A program made the translations under genes and the position numbers. A stretch of 63,556 nt of DNA, counting the filler, from Squatina squatina (taxonomy: Eukaryota), in assembly GCA_031763465.1 (NCBI GenBank). It is 4 parts of 4 records of this genome, joined end to end, with 100 filler letters (N's around TTAATTAATTAA, not from the genome) between each part and the next. Parts side by side here need not be neighbours in the genome. Positions count along the whole stretch, not along the records: positions 1 to 21,657 come from JARFOE010000058.1; positions 21,758 to 37,132 come from JARFOE010000162.1; 2 more parts are not named here. One strand, written 5' to 3'. This document shows, piece after piece, positions 12,807 through 26,085 of this stretch. How positions within the stretch are numbered: the first letter of the stretch is position 1; every line of letters begins with the position of its first letter. The notes under the pieces were generated by a model. That model did no database searches, was not told the origin of the DNA, and saw only the letters and a program-made list of their open reading frames with translations.

Positions 12807-15800
12807 ATGCATCTTAATTTTCACAAGAGTACTGCAAATCGGGTGTGTTTACCTTCATGCCTGATTCTCAAGCGCTCCTGTCAAGTGAGANNNNNNNNNN
12901 NNNNNNNNNNNNNNNNNNNNNNNNNNNNNNNNNNNNNNNNNNNNNNNNNNNNNNNNNNNNNNNNNNNNNNNNNNNNNNNNNNNNNNNNNNCCAAAGGCGG
13001 GTGTATGGAGTTAGGTCGCAAATCATCCAGGATCTCATTGAATGGCAGAACAGCTCGAGGGGCCCAATGGCCTACTCCTGTTCCTATGTTTCTATGCTAA
13101 TGCATATTAAGGTGAAGGAATATTGAAAATAATGCAATCAGGAAGATTATAAACAAAATGGCTCAGCTGGGCGCAGACAAAAAATGACCAGGGCAGGCAA
13201 TAAATAACCTTCTGAACTCACCTACATTTCAAATTTTGGATTTAATTGCTTATGTTACAGGATTTTCTGCTAGCATGAGGAGGCTTTTATAAACTTGGCC
13301 TTTATTCAAGTCAAAATTAACCTGAAAGAACTGTAATTATAAAGGAGTGATTGGAAATATTTTTCAATTTAATATTAATAAAGTTTAATGAATTACATTA
13401 ATTGGGTTTTCCATTACTGCTGATCAGCAAATGCCTCGATACCACCTGTTATCATGTATTTCCATAACCATTATCATGATTTGTCCTGTGCCTTACTGTT
13501 TTTGGAATTATGTGAATATATTAAACGCGCTCATTTCAACAGTTATGTATTGAGCATAAGTGAGTGGAATCACACCATGTGATATTAGTGTAGGAGTCCT
13601 TATTGCATTCATATGAAAGTCCTTTGTCCACTTTTTAATGGGATTTCTAATCCCTGGTTAGTAACTCTGTTAAAGTAGCAGACAAAGGAATTCTATACAA
13701 GTCATACAGTGCAACTTCCACCCTGGTTCCTAGTTACTGTAATGCCATTAACTAAAGGTTGCCCTTACTTAAGCATTTCAGTTTAAGAACAACACTCCTG
13801 TTTGAAATTCCCCAGCACTGAAATATAATTGTGAATAACTTCATTAAATAATTTTATCCTTCAACCANNNNNNNNNNNNNNNNNNNNNNNNNNNNNNNNN
13901 NNNNNNNNNNNNNNNNNNNNNNNNNNNNNNNNNNNNNNNNNNNNNNNNNNNNNNNNNNNNNNNNNNNNNNNNNNNNNNNNNNNNNNNNNNNNNNNNNNNN
14001 NNNNNNNNNNNNNNNNNNNNNNNNNNNNNNNNNNNNNNNNNNNNNNNNNNNNNNNNNNNNNNNNNNNNNNNNNNNNNNNNNNNNNNNNNNNNNNNNNNNN
14101 NNNNNNNNNNNNNNNNNNNNNNNNNNNNNNNNNNNNNNNNNNNNNNNNNNNNNNNNNNNNNNNNNNNNNNNNNNNNNNNNNNNNNNNNNNNNNNNNNNNN
14201 NNNNNNNNNNNNNNNNNNNNNNNNNNNNNNNNNNNNNNNNNNNNNNNNNNNNNNNNNNNNNNNNNNNNNNNCTTTCCAAATTAAACACCTTTTCATTGAG
14301 TATAACGCTTGTACTTTGTTTATCCTCCTCAAAATGCTTCATACTTATCCACATTAAATTATATCGGAAACCTATTGTCCCATTCCACTAATCTGTCTAA
14401 ATCTTCTTAAAGTCTTTTATAATCCTCCTCACAGTTTGCCAAACACCCGACTTTTGTGTTACCAACAATTTTTTCTGCCTAGGCCCAAATCCAAGTCATC
14501 AAAATATACTGAGAGCAAAAATAGATCCAGCACCAACTCCTGGGACACACTACTTCTAACTTTTCTGACAGTCTGGGTTATATACCTCCTTAAGTTTAGC
14601 CACTCGCTGTTACTTATGGGTGCTCCCAATTAGTTACCTGGGTAACCTAAAAGTGTTGTAACTATCAGTACACGTCCTCTCCTGTTGCAGTGATGTACAG
14701 GCTGGAGAATGAGCAGCACAGATAGTTTCTCTTTACTGAGACCATTGATTTACTAGGACTGAATAAACCAATTCTTTTTCTATCAGATAGTATTCTGAGA
14801 TTCTTACTAGTATTTTGGAGATTGCATTGCACAATTCTAAGCATTTTATTATGAAAACTGAAAACCAATGGTCTTGGTCTTTATCAATGCTGATGGAAGC
14901 AATTAAAAGTAGCAAACAAGTTCTTGCAAGTTGGTAATTATCACAACAGTTTTGATCATGTGACAGGGTTAATTCATGTGTAAACCACTGGCTTTGAATT
15001 GAGTTCAGAGGAAACATCTATGAATGAATAATTCATTGGTGCTGGTATTTGTGGAATAATTATGAGATTTCACAGCGATCCATAAAATATGCTCATATAT
15101 CCTTTAGATGTCTCCTTCAGCCCATTTCATACATAGAGGGCAACTTGTGTTTATGTAAGGATTAGTCTGCAGAACTGAGGAGAATATAGATATTGAATCG
15201 AGTATTGCTCCCTAAGCAATCATTTCTATTCAAGGAAACTTGAAGATTTATCTTCTTGTCCTTTGTTGACCTGCCTGCTTACTTATTTAATTATCTGTTC
15301 AGAAATTAGTCACTTTGAACTTGATGGTATTTTGTCAGTTTCACTGTAATGTTAAGCGTATTAAACATAGCATAAAATTTATATATCCTATGTCTGCGAT
15401 CAGTTAGCTGCTTTCAACTATGGTGTTGGTCGGGTCATTACAATTCGTTGCAGTTCCTCTAAATTAGGGAGTGAACTATCAATCCCTACTTCTGATTGCT
15501 ATCCAGTGTTTCCTGTTCTAATGGGCCCATTGGAACCCCATTCCAGCAAAAGTCAACATCTTCAAGATGGAAATAGAGGCAAAAAGAAAAACGTGTGTAA
15601 CAAACAGTGATTCCCAAACTCTGAATATCTCCAGATGAAGATGAGTTTGGGGTTGTTCATGTGGGCCAGCGATGCCATTGAGAAGTTTGAAACGACACGG
15701 AGGGTAGAACTCGTTGAGATGCATTGAAGAGCAAGTCTTGTGTTGGGGGCATTCACAGTACAGCAGTTGTTATTTGAAGCTGCATTGGGCCAATACCTCC

Positions 15801-16887
15801 ATGCCTCAGTGGGTACATGTAACTGTTTGGTGTGTTACTAAGCCACACAAATCAAAGATTCCAGATTTTAGCAGGACAGCAATCAGATCAACATCGACCT
15901 CTATGCCCCAGGCAAAAAATAAATCAGAAAGTGATACTGCTTCTGATTATTCTTAATTCAGGCATAATGAGTGATGGTAGGCTACTCAAACAAGTTGGGC
16001 TGTCAAAGCAAGCTTTTTTCGCTGGTTTCCCTGCGGAAAAACGTGCATGTGTGTACTCCGGATAAGAACAGGATCAAGCTTGGTTTGATGGCCCCCACGT
16101 GGTTGAATGGCCTACCAGCACTCACTCACGCTTGAATTAAGAATTCAGCTGCTGAAACAATGCATACTTGAGGCTGGCTTCAGGTTTTTTGTGGTAGAGG
16201 TCAGGGTCAGAGGTGCGATTTGGCGCTTTGTGCATCCACAGACTAAGCAGGAGAGGGACTCCTGCAAACTCCAGTGCACGGGGGGCACAAATAGACCTTT
16301 AATGGCCAAAACATNNNNNNNNNNNNNNNNNNNNNNNNNNNNNNNNNNNNNNNNNNNNNNNNNNNNNNNNNNNNNNNNNNNNNNNNNNNNNNNNNNNNNN
16401 NNNNNNNNNNNNNNCTCCTGCCCTGCCCTGCCCACAGACATGTGATCCCCTGGGAGAGGCAATAAACCTCCAGCGGTAGGCTAGATAGCTGGCAAAGATT
16501 TCCTCGGTGTGTGGCACTAATCTGTGTATATCAGATCCCCATTGGCCATTGAATCTACACCATTGTTAAATTAAACAATATTGCAGTTTAAATAAACATT
16601 TTAATAAATCAACCTATTTTTGCAGATGACACAAATGTCTGCGCTTTTTAAGCTGCTTATTTCTGGGCAGCCTCACTCACCAGGACGCGGTGTGACTGTG
16701 TGGACACTATTGGCGTGAAGTGAAGCCAGTGGTTGCTTTCGTTCTCTGGTTTAGTATAAAAACGAAAGCTGGGTATATTTGGAATTCAAATTCTAAATCA
16801 TAGCAGGTTTTTAAATTCGTACCAGGATGGGACAGTGTATATACATTTAGCTGTGAGTCACAGGCCTGTAGTTTAGGCGGAATTTAA

Positions 16888-17245
16888 AAAAATATTCCCG
16901 GGATGTGGATGTCACTGGCAAGGCCGGCATTTATTCCCCATCCCTAGTTGTCTTTGAACAACTGAGTGGCTTGTTGGGCCATTTCAGAGTCAACCACATT
17001 GCTGTGGGTCTGGAGTCACATATAGGTAAGGTAAAGATGGTAATTAAAGGACATTAGTGAACCAGATGGGTTTTTAATGACAATTTTCATTTTCACCATT
17101 ATTGATATTACCTTTTTATTTAATTAACTGAATTTAAATTCCTCAGCTCCCAGAGCAGGATTTGAACTCACATCTCATAGATCATCAGTCCAGGCTTACT
17201 GGATTATTAGTCCAGTAACATAACCACTATGCTACCGCATCCCCC
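16888..17245 (-). mobile_element. tRNA-derived SINE with a LINE-shared 3' tail
   Basis: A box TAGCATAGTGG, B box GTTCAAATCC; tail GGGATGGGGAATAAATGCCGGCCTTGCCAGTGAC. Partial copy at 50420-50510. Confidence 0.8.
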
Positions 17246-17249
17246 ATAG

Positions 17250-17570
17250 TGGCTGCTGTGTGTACTATCTATAGGATGCACTTCAGCAACTCAGTTAGGC
17301 TTCTTCAGCAGTACCTTCCAAACCCACAACCTTTTGCATGACCTCGATGTTCCCCTTCATATCACACATCATGCTGACTTGGACACATTCCACCATTCTT
17401 TTATCGTTGCTGGGTCAAAATCCTGGAGCTCCCTCCCTCGCAGCATTGTGAGAAAACCTTCACCACAAGGACTGCAGCATTTCAAGAAGGCCCACAACCA
17501 CCTCCTCAAGGGCAACTTGGGATGGGCAATAAATGCTGGCCTTATCAGTGATCCCAGTAGTGAATTTTTT
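17250..17570 (+). mobile_element. LINE 3' fragment with the same tail as the adjacent SINE
   Basis: SFIVAGSKSWSSLP..GLQHFKKAHNHLLKGN; tail GGGATGGGCAATAAATGCTGGCCTT. Probably related LINE fragments at 19680-19865 and 40128-40245 (-). Confidence 0.7.
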
Positions 17571-19156
17571 TTTAAAGTATATTGTAAAGGGTGGTTTTTG
17601 TGAGTAGTATGCTTCAGGGACTTGGGAGAACTGAAGGCCTCTTTGAAAAAGGAACTTTTAAATCATTCCAGCAACTGAAGGGAAGGTTTTTATATTGACA
17701 GTAAGTCCTTTTAGAAATATCTGCAATACATCACTTTATTCCTCAAGTAAATTCCTTCAAGGCACCTTTCACCTTGCTAAATCAATCCCCACATAAAAGA
17801 GAAAAACCTCAAGGATAAATTGATTTTAAGCATTTATTCTTTATGTTTGCAGATAACAGACCTTTATTCAGAATGTTTTGAGAAAGCGTGTTGGAACTTT
17901 CCACTGAGATGAATCATGGACCACNNNNNNNNNNNNNNNNNNNNNNNNNNNNNNNNNNNNNNNNNNNNNNNNNNNNNNNNNNNNNNNNNNNNNNNNNNNN
18001 NNNNNNNNNNNNNNNNNNNNNNNNTGATAATACCGAATGTCACTTGACTATGATGAAACCATGAGATATCTCCAAACAGTCATAGCGGGAAGACACAATT
18101 TTTTATTATATAACTAGATGAACAGCATCATGATTGAGTCCAATTAGCATGATCCACGCATATTGGGAGGAGAGTTATGCCTGTCAGAAACAGTTTGATT
18201 GAGCTTTTGCTCTGTTCAGTACAGTATAATGTATTTTGAATGTAAATTAATTTGAAATAATACATAATATTCTGTTGGAAAGACACTTTCTGCACAATTG
18301 ATGCTCACAATAATAATACTGGAATTCTGTGGAGCGTGAAGCTTCCAAATAGTGGAGGTCTTTGATAATGCTGGCACTTTGTACTTCTGAATAGAATGTT
18401 CATCAAAGCAAGCAAATCATATTGGATTGAATTGGACACCTGAGTGTTCTGGACCAAACTGGAGTGGATTTAACTTTGAGTCCTAGCGGATGGATTAGTA
18501 AGATTATATGGTTTACTGTGCGATATCTGTCACATCACTGTCTTACTTATTACCAATCAAAGAGTAGTTAGTATGCAGACTCTAGGGGGAAATCACTTAT
18601 TCCTACCTACTAACTGCAGGGGAGCACAGTATTCACAGCAGGATATATCTTTACAATCAAGGTGCCATGATTATTGATATGTAACATTTAATTTGTCATT
18701 AAACCCTTGAAGGATTTCACCAGAATGTCTGTACTATTTTTAAAACTATAGCAAGAAATACATTTCATTTCAACAAGCAAATTACTTTTAGTACTGAGTT
18801 CTTGAATTTTGTTGCAATTTTCAACACCTTTATGAAATCATACTCTTGCAGATGCAGTCCTTCAGGCTTTTCCTGACAGGATTTCACTAATGGGAGTGCA
18901 GTGATTATAGTTGTCAGTGAAATAGCAAGAAACATGTCAAGAACCCAGAGAATCAAAGCACTGAGAGTACTGGAAAGTGCAAATGTTGATAACATGGGTT
19001 GGGTTTTAATGCAAGCCGAATAAAAGTGCAAACCTATTTAGAATAATTGATGGAACAGTTGCTATGGTGCTGGAACGCTATGTGAAAGAACAGTTTATTG
19101 GTTTATACTTTGTGACTGAATGGAATGCTAATATATAAATGTATGAAATTTTACAT

Positions 19157-19579
19157 GGGCCCTGAAATCCCGGTACCTGCAGATACGTACGAAGTGCGCA
19201 CACGCCTGTGCGCACCCCGCAAGTTCCGGGTTTAGGCATGCACTGCGCATGGCCCTAAACCCGGAACTTATGATCTGTCAAGATTTCTCTTGATAGATTA
19301 ACCGCATCCAAAAGTAAAGTGCCTCCATGGGTGGGGAGTTAGGCTATTTGCCCAACTCCTGCCCAGTGAAAGCCCTTTAATTTCTTATGACTGAAAAAGC
19401 AGGCGTAAAGGCCTGCTTTTTCAATCGTAAGACTTTTAAAACACAAAAAAAAAATTCAGGAATTTAAACATTTAAAATCATGTCAAATAAAGTAAGTTTA
19501 TTTTTAGTCACTTTAAACTATATAAATTTATTTTTCAAATAATTATTTTGCTTTAAATAATTAATTAAACTCTATTTTA
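19157..19579. mobile_element. Left part of a non-autonomous DNA element rich in internal inverted repeats
   Basis: Starts GGGCCCTGAAAT; hairpins at 19194-19214, 19221-19269 and 19383-19432; cut by an N gap. Confidence 0.5.
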
Positions 19580-21657
19580 NNNNNNNNNNNNNNNNNNNNN
19601 NNNNNNNNNNNNNNNNNNNNNNNNNNNNNNNNNNNNNNNNNNNNNNNNNNNNNNNNNNNNNNNNNNNNNNNNNNNNNNNCATCAGCGAACATCCCCACTT
19701 CTGACCTTATGATGGAAGGACGGTCATTGATGAAGATAGTTGGGCCTAGGACACGGCGGAAATGTCCTGGGGCTGTGATGAGTGACGTACAACCACTACA
19801 GCCATCTTCCTTTGTGCTAGGTATGACTCCAGCCAGTGGAGAGTTTTCCCCGATTCCATTGACTAGAATATATAACTGCCCTCTTATGCTATCAAGGACT
19901 TGGGGAAAATGCCCAGACAGTACAGAGCTAAACCCAATCTGAAAACCCAAAGTGGATCAATTTGAGTCTTTTTAGAAAGTCGTATCTTCCAAAAAAATGC
20001 AGTAGAAATGGGCAGAGACAGAGCTATCTCTACATCTCTGTGAAGTCAGTTCTTTCTCCCCACTGGAAGTTCCATGATTAACAGCAGGCAGACAATGAGC
20101 TGTCTCCACTGTAACAAGAACTGCAGCAACACAGAAATATTTTGGTGTAAGTCTATATTTTGCTGAGAGACTATCTGATCCTCAATACTGTCGGGGAGAG
20201 GAATGCTCACTTTCTCTTGCAGGCTGTAGATTGGGGCATTTGGTCTTTGGCCTAGTGTCCATCCATTTCACTGGGGTCCACTGGGATATTTAACACTTGA
20301 AGCATGTATCTGATTTCTTTTTGCAGTACAGTGCAGGATTTGACTCACCAGGCGCTAACTGGGGACGTAACATGCTGAATTTCCCCCCCTTAATCTCTAA
20401 CACCACTTTGGTTAAGATCTGCAAGCTCAGCCATTAATTGAAACTGGGATCTCCTGGTTTGTACATTTCAGCTGCATGCTGGCATTATCAATTGAGCCAT
20501 TCAAGGCAGTAACTTTCATGTACCAGTTCTACTAAAATGCTTTGAAACATAATGAGCAGGTTAAACTGTTACATGCAGCTAACTCAGAAAACAAATCACT
20601 GACTGATTAAATCCAAATTACTGTTCTTAGAGACTTCATATTTAATAGCTTGTTGTCAAAGTGGTGAAAGAGCTTAGCCTTAATGTGCACATGACTCTGT
20701 AAAAATGGCAAAATGTCCTATCACCCCTGTCAGTTACTCTGTCTTGAGCATTGTACAATGCATGGCATATTCATGAGCACTCTGCATACATAAAGGTCAC
20801 AGGAAGCAATAAAAAGTAGTAGGTGATGAAAGATCAGTTAATTGAGTTCCAGAGCACAAAGGGGGGAAAAAAGGAAACAGTTTATCTTTCACTTGGGCTC
20901 GGTTTAACACAGCACAAGTTGTGACAACGTTTACAAGTGATTTTTATCATCCGTGGCAGTGGCTGGAGGATGTGAATCAATATTAATTGAGAAAGTGCAC
21001 AGTAATTAGTGTAGGTCTTTCATTGCCCCGAAGGACACCTCACCATAGAAACCACCTTTACTGAATGGTAGCTGAATCTCATTGATGGGAAAGCATGCAT
21101 TTAGTCTAATAAAAGAGGCTCTTTTTCACGGAATTTATGCTTTTTACCTCTGTGAACTTTCAAACGATGTGCAAAGACATAAATCTCAAATGTGTGACTT
21201 GTATTTGGATTGAAGCAGGAATTGGCTGAGATCCCTGAAGTGCAGTACAATGGTGTCATGGTCGACAGACTAGAGTGTGAACAGCTCAGGAATGAAAAGC
21301 ATTTGCTTTGAATAAATTCAGCACAGTTTCCATGTTGACAGACCAAAAATGAAATTAATTTAAAATTTAATTTTGTTATGTTTTGCAGTAGCTACCCATT
21401 TGAGTAAGAACTATTGATTTTAACAAAGTAACTAAATTAGAATTGGCTTCGTCCTTTCAGTTTATCAGCATTTTACTTTCCCATGTTATATCTACTTTTG
21501 CTCTTTGAACGCACACTTTAATTTTCTCCTTTATTTCCTCCCCTCCCCCTTTGAAGGCACTGACTTTTACTGGCTTTGGGCATCGGGAGCCCTTCACCAA
21601 CCTCATCCAAGTAGTTATTGTTTTACTGTGAGCCCAGATAGTGAGTGCTCCATCCTC

Positions 21658-21757
21658 NNNNNNNNNNNNNNNNNNNNNNNNNNNNNNNNNNNNNNNNNNN
21701 NTTAATTAATTAANNNNNNNNNNNNNNNNNNNNNNNNNNNNNNNNNNNNNNNNNNNN
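21658..21757. other. Artificial scaffold-joining linker N44-TTAATTAATTAA-N44
   Basis: Exactly 100 nt with a six-frame stop palindrome at its centre; identical to the two other linkers. Confidence 0.95.
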
Positions 21758-22024
21758 TTTATCCTTCCAGGGTCCCATGCATCATAGCAAATTTACACAC
21801 ATTTATTTCACTTTAAATACTAGCACCGAAACTGCTCTGAACAAAAAAAAACTTTTATTTTCTTTCTAAAAATAATCTTCGGCAAGTAAAACTGAAATAA
21901 CTTCACCCACACACCCGAGAAGCAGAGTCACTATCATGGCACTTCCAGTAATAAGCCTTTTTATGTAGAGGAAGTCAGCACTAACAAGTGAACTGATATT
22001 ACAGAAAAAAAAACTGATGCTTAC

Positions 22025-22042
22025 CTTTAGCCAATGAGATTA
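22025..22042 (-). other. Candidate 18-nt microexon
   Basis: ttgccctatttcAG|TAATCTCATTGGCTAAAG|GTAAGC; strong splice sites; the only open frame is xISLAKx. Confidence 0.45.
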
Positions 22043-25003
22043 CTGAAATAGGGCAAGTTGCCAAGATCGTTCTGGCAATCCGATAAAAAGCCAACTACTG
22101 ACCAGTTATTATCTTTTTTTTTTCTCTTTTTCCACCCCCCTTCCTCCCAAACATTAGCCCAAGTACTACATGAGCTGAAGACCTCTCAAAATTCAGAGCC
22201 CTCAGCTTGTTCCTGGTGAAAACAGAAAACAGGAAACAAATCAACAAAACTCATCAGCTTGTTTCACTTAGTTCACGTGATCTTTGCCCAGTCAGCAGCC
22301 AATGCATTTCCCTTCCTGTATTGGCAGAATTATTACACTGATCGTAATGAATGCCGAAAAATCCCCAACCTCCTCCTCCACAAGAACGTACCAAGCTGCT
22401 CTCCGTGCACAGTGCTCCCAAAAAGAATGTTGCTCTGATTGGATTATTTTTGANNNNNNNNNNNNNNNNNNNNNNNNNNNNNNNNNNNNNNNNNNNNNNN
22501 NNNNNNNNNNNNNNNNNNNNNNNNNNNNNNNNNNNNNNNNNNNNNNNNNNNNNAACAGTTTGGATAAATAATTTTTAATTGAAATATTTAAGCTTTTTCT
22601 ACTCACCTACATTATTTATATTAATAGGGAGATCACAAAGCTCTATTGTATGTCTTTGTACTTGCCTTAAAAAGTCAGGGCATTATTTCTATGAAAGAAT
22701 TATCAGGTACTCTGATCAGTTAAGAAAGATTACTGAAATTAAAAAAAGTCTTAAGAGGAAGCAAAAGGACAGCAAATGACAGAGATGCTTAACTGTTACT
22801 AGAACCACTACTTCCTTTGTACATCTGGGAAGTTGCCTTCATTACTGGTATACAGTTATATTACACTGTTGTATGGCCCACAAATGCTCCATCCAATCTA
22901 CTCTTTAATGCATTTCTCAGTACTCCCAAAGTTATCCCATTATATACTAATGCATTCTTATGTTTTAGCAATCTACAATTGGAATTGAAGTGGGGTGTAT
23001 TTATAAAATGAACATAATTCGCACAATAATTGATTTCTAACAATGCCACATACAAAGTACTATTCCCACTCTGCCAAGAGAACTGTATATACACACACAC
23101 ACAATGCGTGGGAGCACTTTCCCTGAAACCTATCCATATGCTGCTGANNNNNNNNNNNNNNNNNNNNNNNNNNNNNNNNNNNNNNNNNNNNNNNNNNNNN
23201 NNNNNNNNNNNNNNNNNNNNNNNNNNNNNNNNNNNNNNNNNNNNNNNCACGTAATGGCTGCCGTGTTTGTCCACATACCAAGTCACTGTACTTCAAAACA
23301 AAATAATTAATTAGCCCTTTCACAAAGTGCTTTGAGTGTTTTGACAAATACAAGTATGCTATCACTTGCAATACTTGCAATCCACACAGATGAGAGCAGC
23401 GAGTGAGCCCTGACATTCTAACAGAACCTTATTAGGATGACTTGGGAAATGACATCACCATTCAAGTAGATCCTCAAACTCAGGCCAACAAATTGAGAGT
23501 GGAGCCTGCGTTATTGATCTCCAATTCTAATGGATTGGATCCAGTTCTGAATTTCAAGGACTGACATCACTTCACAATGGCCTAGCTGAACAACATCAGT
23601 TCACAAATATTCCCAACTACCCCAGTACTTTTTTTTTTAAATACTATATTATACACCGAGCAGAGTAGTAGATACAGGAAATTCACAGTCACAGTTTAAT
23701 CATTCCAAAAATGGTTCCCTGCAGTAATGCCTTTGCTCTGCTTTACTGGATCACATTGCTAGTACAGCCACAAAGGGAATAAAGTTCCAGCAGATGATCT
23801 GAATTCAGTGTCGCCCATGGTGGTTTAAGGGCAGGGAACAAAACTTAGAACATTTCCTGTTTTTCTTGATGCTTTCACATTTGCATTTTTAAAACCACCC
23901 ACTCTAAAAAGCACAAACACTGCAACAGAACTCAGCTTTGTGCGTTCTTGTTCTTAGTTACTGANNNNNNNNNNNNNNNNNNNNNNNNNNNNNNNNNNNN
24001 NNNNNNNNNNNNNNNNNNNNNNNNNNNNNNNNNNNNNNNNNNNNNNNNNNNNNNNNNNNNNNNNCCAGATTAGCATTACTCTAACATGATGATTGTACAT
24101 GCAAGGCTTCTCAAAGCTGGCATTTTTACCTGGCAATATACGCTGCTTTAAAAAAAAAAAAATTCTGTTTTCATTAGGTTTTTAAAACCGAGTTATTATA
24201 CAAGCATATCCATTCATTTAATTAAACTTATCATTTTTTCCACCACTGCACAAAAGCAAATATGGTTTTAATTTTAAAAGCTGTAGTGAATTATCTTCAT
24301 CAGGGACTCTGGTGATTTAATGCAGCTGCGAGGTAGACCATCAGAGAAACTTCATATGGCATGAATCACCACAATCCTGCCAGCAATTTACATGCACTCA
24401 AAGCAGGGGTCCACAATATGCCTAAATCTTGGAATTTTCATTACACCTTTCAGCATAAATACTTTTATCTTTCAAACTGATGAGAAATTCTGAAAAAAAA
24501 AATTATAATTAACAGTTTACGAACATCATCAGGAACATTTTGTTCTCAAGACTATTCCCCTGGTAACTCAAACAGTGAAGACCGCAACACTGGCACGTAC
24601 TTTTAACTCAACACAAACTACTGCTACAGCTCTCAAACGTTTAACTCTTTTGCTGACAGAACACTTCTTGCNNNNNNNNNNNNNNNNNNNNNNNNNNNNN
24701 NNNNNNNNNNNNNNNNNNNNNNNNNNNNNNNNNNNNNNNNNNNNNNNNNNNNNNNNNNNNNNNNNNNNNNNCCTAATTCTGTACAATGTTCTCCCTTTCC
24801 CATCTCAAAACAAATATCTGGAAACTGGGGCCCAAGTAAACTGCAAGGCAGACACCTTTTCATATTTTCATCAACATTCTGAATTTTAAAAGTATAAGTG
24901 CTCAAGGAGACTTTGGCACAGAATCATTCCAATAACCTTTCAAATGCAGCTAGTTCAATCCTGCACATTGAGCAGAGACTGATCACTGTCATAACTGACC
25001 GAC

Positions 25004-25063
25004 CTTGAGGCTGCACTTAGTCTGTTGCTATAGCAACACCACATTTCATCGGCTATAGTCCGC
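25004..25063 (-). other. Candidate 60-nt exon of an unidentified gene
   Basis: tcttttacAG acceptor, GTCGGT donor; the open frame reads RTIADEMWCCYSNRLSAAS (phase 2/2). Confidence 0.4.
25023..25038. promoter_or_regulatory. Perfect palindromic X-box (RFX-type) TGTTGCTATAGCAACA
   Basis: Matches the GTYNCY-AT-RGNAAC consensus; an identical copy lies at 32184-32199. Confidence 0.5.
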
Positions 25064-25814
25064 CTGTAAAAGACCCGTGTAGTAGATAACCAGAGAACAA
25101 TACAATCACAACAAATTTAGTTATTGTTTAGGATTTTTTTTAAAATGAAGTACTGTCGACAAGTGGTAATTTTGCATTATATCAAGAGTCACTGGTAATT
25201 AAGGCTGTCTTGCTCAAAACCAGTAAGAACCATGGCAGATGGGCAGGGGGTCACACAAAATCTATTCTCTTCCTTTTTCTCCTTCCCCCTCCCCTTCCAA
25301 TTTTCTACCCTCCACTTTTGAAGGTGCTGACATCTGCTCGGGCAAGGTACTACTGGTGCTCNNNNNNNNNNNNNNNNNNNNNNNNNNNNNNNNNNNNNNN
25401 NNNNNNNNNNNNNNNNNNNNNNNNNNNNNNNNNNNNNNNNNNNNNNNNNNNNNNNNNNNNNNNNNNNNNNNNNNNNNNNNNNNNNNNNNNNNNNNNNNNN
25501 NNNNNNNNNNNNNNNNNNNNNNNNNNNNNNNNNNNNNNNNNNNNNNNNNNNNNNNNNNNNNNNNNNNNNNNNNNNNNNNNNNNNNNNNNNNNNNNNNNNN
25601 NNNNNNNNNNNNNNNNNNNNNNNNNNNNNNNNNNNNNNNNNNNNNNNNNNNNNNNNNNNNNNNNNNNNNNNNNNNNNNNNNNNNNNNNNNNNNNNNNNNN
25701 NNNNNNNNNNNNNNNNNNNNNNNNNNNNNNNNNNNNNNNNNNNNNNNNNNNNNNNNNNNNNNNNNNNNNNNNNNNNNNNNNNNNNNNNNNNNNNNNNNNN
25801 NNNNNNNNNNNNAT

Positions 25815-26085
25815 ATTATTTGCTTTAAGTGATGTTGTTTGAGGGATACATTTTGGCCAGGGCGCTGGGGAGAACTCTCCAGCACTTCTTCAAAATAGTG
25901 TTGTGGAGTTGTTAACAAGAGGGCAGGCAGGGCCTCGGTTTTATGTCTCATCCGAAAGACGGCACCTCCGACAGTGCAACACACTCTCAGTACTGGATTG
26001 AAATGTTAGCCTGGATTTTGTGCTCAAGCCTCTCGAGGGGGTCTTAAACCCACAACCTTCTGACTCAAGAGACGAAAGCGCGAAC
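25815..26085 (-). mobile_element. DeuSINE copy
   Basis: Same core (GGAGGTGCCGTCTTTCGGATGAGACATAAAACCGAGGCC); other copies near 2193-2445 (+), 2775-2970 (-), 38292-38515 (+) and 50995-51320 (-). Confidence 0.8.

Noticed and set aside
17150-17245. tRNA gene
   Set aside because: The A and B boxes belong to a SINE head continuous with its body and tail; no cloverleaf.
21219-21316. Possible terminal exon ELAEIPEVQYNG...KHLL* with adjacent AATAAA
   Set aside because: No pyrimidine tract at the acceptor and no recognisable homology; compatible with chance.
21702-21713. TTAATTAATTAA as a biological motif (homeodomain or piggyBac site)
   Set aside because: Centred in identical N spacers three times; it is an artificial linker.
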